From Sphagnum compactum (lineage: Eukaryota): DNA of 64,000 nucleotides. A program made the position numbers and the translations under genes. The stretch is from contig OZ234493.1 of the NCBI GenBank assembly GCA_965153455.1, forward strand, positions 29,378,213 through 29,442,212. The letters are read 5' to 3'. The notes beneath the pieces were generated by a model, which did not search any database, was not told the DNA's origin, and was given only the letters and a program-made list of their open reading frames with translations. Below are positions 60,301 through 64,000 of the stretch, one piece after another (position 1 is the first letter of the stretch; every line of letters starts with the position of its first letter).

Positions 60301-62880
60301 AGTTGTCCATGAAACTTTTGGAACATATTTTGGGGATGTGAAATTGAAGAAGCTTGTCACAATTTCCCTCAAATGGTACTTACGAAAATTCATATCCACT
60401 AGTTCAGAGACAGGTACTTGACACTGGTACATCTAGGTCCAAAACTTTGCAAGTTTAGTTGTCAAGATTGTAGGCTGGTTTGGTCGTGAAACTGACCATC
60501 ATGGAACTGATACAACTTGTACTGCTCTAATGCACATGTGATCAGACTAACAATGTCTACTTGTTAAGTCTACAGTCATATTATTATTATTATTATTATT
60601 ATTTTCATAAGCAAGAGTTAGATTGCAGGTCAAGCTTACAGCAGCAACAGTGCTACGGGAGCATTCAAGGTTCCAGAAGCAAATTGATTCTGACAAGCAA
60701 AAGATAGAAAACTTGGAGTTGGAACTTCGTGATGCCTCCCATCTCAAGATATATGAGGTATGTTGTTTCACTTTTTGGACTAGTTAAGTGCTACATGTTA
60801 CACAAATCATTCAATAGGCGATGAGTACTGGAACTACCCACTGAGCGTCTAGTGAATCATATATAACTCCCCATAATCTCAAAATCATTGTGGTTTACGT
60901 TTTGTGGGGTAGTGCCACAACAGGAGGAATTGCGAGTTCAGGATGAGATTGAGAGAGCTCTCGACATTGAGTTCAAAAGGGCTACTGTGAATGCCAGTGA
61001 CCAAGCAGCAAGGGATGCCAAGAAGAAGCATGTAAGGTATTTTCTGGCCAGGGCCAATTGAAGCCTTAGGCTTTGTCATGGTATGAAGCACAGTTACTCT
61101 CCAAAGCGGTGAAATCAAATTGCACTAGTTGCAGGTTAAGTGTTAAGCATAGTCCTGAACCCATTTATGATAATAGGATTATCCACTCTGTGCAGACTAA
61201 ACCAAACTATAATTCCATGTTAACTCCTTCACTTGTGCTTGTCCGTAGAGACTTTTTCATTCTTCTGCTCTTGCTAATGAGAACTACAACAATTTGCACT
61301 GGTTTACACTTTTCACCGATGTGGACACTACACATTTTGTGGATTGGTGGTGGCTTCCATAATTGTGCCTCTTATGTTTTTGTAGTTGTTTAATGGGAGA
61401 TGGGGTTTATCTTGTAGCAATGCATGAATTGGGCAGCAGCATCAATTGTGAAGGAGGAGAAGGAAAAGACCCATCAGGAATTCGAAAGTTTGTTAAAGAA
61501 CATACACTTTGCCAACAGATTTAGACATCACCTAATCAAAGAGGAGGCCAAAGAAGTGAAGGTTTGCCAACACCTGTCCCATTTGTCTCTCACCAACCTC
61601 ATCTCTTTTTTCCCTGCAACAGAATGAGAGACCCAACATGCCACTTAAAGCTAATTTGGGTGAACAAAACTCAGTTTTGTTTTTGCATGGACATGAATTG
61701 CAGTTGGAGGAAGCTCAAACAATGGGTATTTCTCTTTGGTTGCTTGTTTGTTTCTATTTTCCATACATATTTGGAAGTGATTGAAAACTCATTTATCTGA
61801 GCAGAGGACCAACTTGCAATTCAGCAGGTTGTGAAGAACAAGATGTGGAATGCAAACAAGGAGAAAGTGCGTGAAATGAATGCCGAATCAGAGGATAGGT
61901 TGGCAATTCATGCTTTGGAAAATGCTCGTGAGTTTCAGTGTAAACAGGAGCTCGTTCGCCAGCTTCACGTATGTGATTCCAGTACCTAAAGTGAAATGAA
62001 TTTTACTCTTGTAAGAATACTATGTTGGTGCATACAAGGTTAAATGACTTCCAATAATGTCAATTGATAAATGCTCATGACCGTAATGCACATCTAGATG
62101 AGGCAATGCCTACTACACCTCGTTGAGATGGGCAAGGACCTCCTATCGGGCTTTCGGGCAAGATGGCATTATTTTGGCAAGATGGTATTACTTTGGTTTT
62201 GGATTAGTTGAATCATAATTTTGTGTGTCTTTTTGTGTTGTTTTGTGTGGACATGTTGTGATGTTAGTTTTTGGAGAAAGAGTCTTGCTATAGGATTCCC
62301 AAGTTTGACATCTACTCGACTGGGAATCATGGGTGCTTGGAGGAGATGTCAATTGCCCAACTTCGTGAGGCACTTTGCCAAGCCAAGGAATGGAGTAAAC
62401 AAGAAGAAGAGAGAAAGCGCCAAGATGTTCGAGCTATGCAAGAAAAGGTTAGTGATTCTAAATTTGCCTCCCCCAACCCGTCCAATCATGATGGAGATGA
62501 AAGACCCCAAACCCTAAACCTTAAGAATGAGAGAAACCCAAGAAAGGGATTGGGTCTTAATGTGCATTTAGAGTTGAGGTGATTGTAGATGATTGTTCTA
62601 TGACCGAACCAATGTCGAAAAACAAACAATGCATGGGCAAATATACTTTATCTTTGTATCTTCTTAAACATGGGTACGACAATGTGTTGTATCTTTGTGA
62701 ATGCAGAGACAAAAGTTGTTGATTGACACATCAAGGGTAGTGACACGGATGCGCCAAATATCACGTGCCCAATATTTGAGCAAAAAGATGCACGAGAAGG
62801 ATAAGGAAGTAAAATTAGACATGCAATATTTACATGAAGACATGCAACATCATAGATATGCACAACAGGCACATACCTGA
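57377..62880 (+). CDS. CFAP99: Cilia- and flagella-associated protein 99-like, ~660 aa; exons 57377-57751, 58139-58302, 58463-58580, 58857-58921, 59308-59431, 59602-59787, 60049-60126, 60629-60757, 60924-61031, 61418-61561, 61825-61968, 62268-62447, 62707-62880 (start and last exon tentative)
   Basis: In-frame GT-AG exon chain. Motifs LYKVLAYLAIIRLDELG, PTTVIPFNLS, KAKPAP, VKLTAATVLRE, coiled-coil region, and FDIYSTGNHGCLEEMSIAQLREAL resemble CFAP99. Confidence 0.75.
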
Positions 62881-64000
62881 TGGTTCTTTTGTGAAAGGAG
62901 CAAATCGATGTTACACGACATTTTTTTGCAACTTGCCTCAGCACATTGCAAGGTCAAAACATCAATGTATTGTTTGAGAGCCTGAGAATATTAAGGGTGA
63001 AGTTACAACCTCTCTTTCATACCATGGAAAGCAATAGGAAATGAAGTTTATAGGACTTGCCAAACATACAACAAACAGACCAACACTATTTAGAAGGTGG
63101 GTATGTATGTGTGTGCAAAATAAATGGCTTTTTTGTCTAATAAGTATGGCAAAATTAATTTCACCCATGTTTTGTAGAGTGTCAAAGCTCTGGAGTATCC
63201 ACTGTGCACTATGTGCACGCCTCTATTGATATCTACCATATCCAAAATAGTGTGTATTTGTTGGAAATAGTTGAGAATATGGAGAGCAAATGGTAAAGCT
63301 TTCAGGTTCAAATTTCATATTTTCCTTTTTTCTATTTTTATGAATGATTTGGAATTGAAGTTATTGCAAATGGATTGGAAGTCTACCTCCTATTCATGGA
63401 AATTCAAAGAAATCTTAGGATGAAATAAAGTTCAACCAAGAAATGTAATTTATAATTTATTTCATCTATGGTGTAGTTCATTCACAATTTTTATTTTTGC
63501 ACTAGAAGTTCAAATCCCATGGATGTTCACATCCATGAAATATCATGAATTTGCAATGGATGAAGTTGTGTTGATGAAATTTTATGGACAAAATTTCATG
63601 GATGAAAAACTATTTTGAAAATTTCCAAAATTTAAAAAAAAAAACCCTCCAATTTGAGGCTTTTGGAAATTATGAAAATAAAATAACCATCGGTTGGTTG
63701 GTTCAAGGCTTTTGAAAGTTTTTTAGCAAACTAGTGAATTTTAGCTATGGGTCAAAACCAATTCTTTGAAGTTTTTTTTGGGTAGAACTACACATCAAGG
63801 GTCCACACACACCCAACCATTACCTACCAGGTCTGTTTGTGATAAAGGGAAACTACCAATCAATCAAGGCTCCATATATACCTGGCCTATACCTGGCAGT
63901 TTTTTCTTCGACAAAGAGGAAACTGCCCGGTCCACGGTTGGTTCTCATCTGGTTGAGAGAAAGAGAGAGATGTGAAACATACTTCATACAAATCCTTTGA

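Overview
Eukaryotic land-plant genomic DNA: spliceosomal introns, degenerate TTTAGGG-type repeats, and a flagellar gene, which points to a lineage with motile sperm. A bryophyte such as peat moss is my inference, not a tested assignment. There are five intact-looking protein genes, all on +: an intronless sucrose transporter (505-2169), a 7-exon PAP15/23-like purple acid phosphatase (18439-22096), an 8-exon L-fucokinase/GDP-fucose pyrophosphorylase FKGP (33278-40777), a small At5g65660-like membrane protein (54494-55189) and a ~13-exon CFAP99-like cilia protein (57377-62880). The intergenic and intronic DNA is rich in decayed mobile elements. It includes a TSD-flanked, RT-deleted Ty3/Gypsy chromovirus whose PBS appears to be self-priming (Tf1-type), nested inside a fossil restriction-like-endonuclease (CRE/NeSL-type) non-LTR retrotransposon. 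It also includes a Penelope-like (Naiad/Chlamys-type) RT fossil in the probable FKGP intron 1, several PIF/Harbinger MITEs, interstitial telomere-like arrays, long degenerate inverted repeats and a possible tRNA-derived SINE head. No CRISPR array, rRNA or intact tRNA was seen, and I found no clear new multi-gene system. The most unusual signals are the three retroelement types atypical of seed plants. All family assignments come from motif recognition and manual translation, not database searches.
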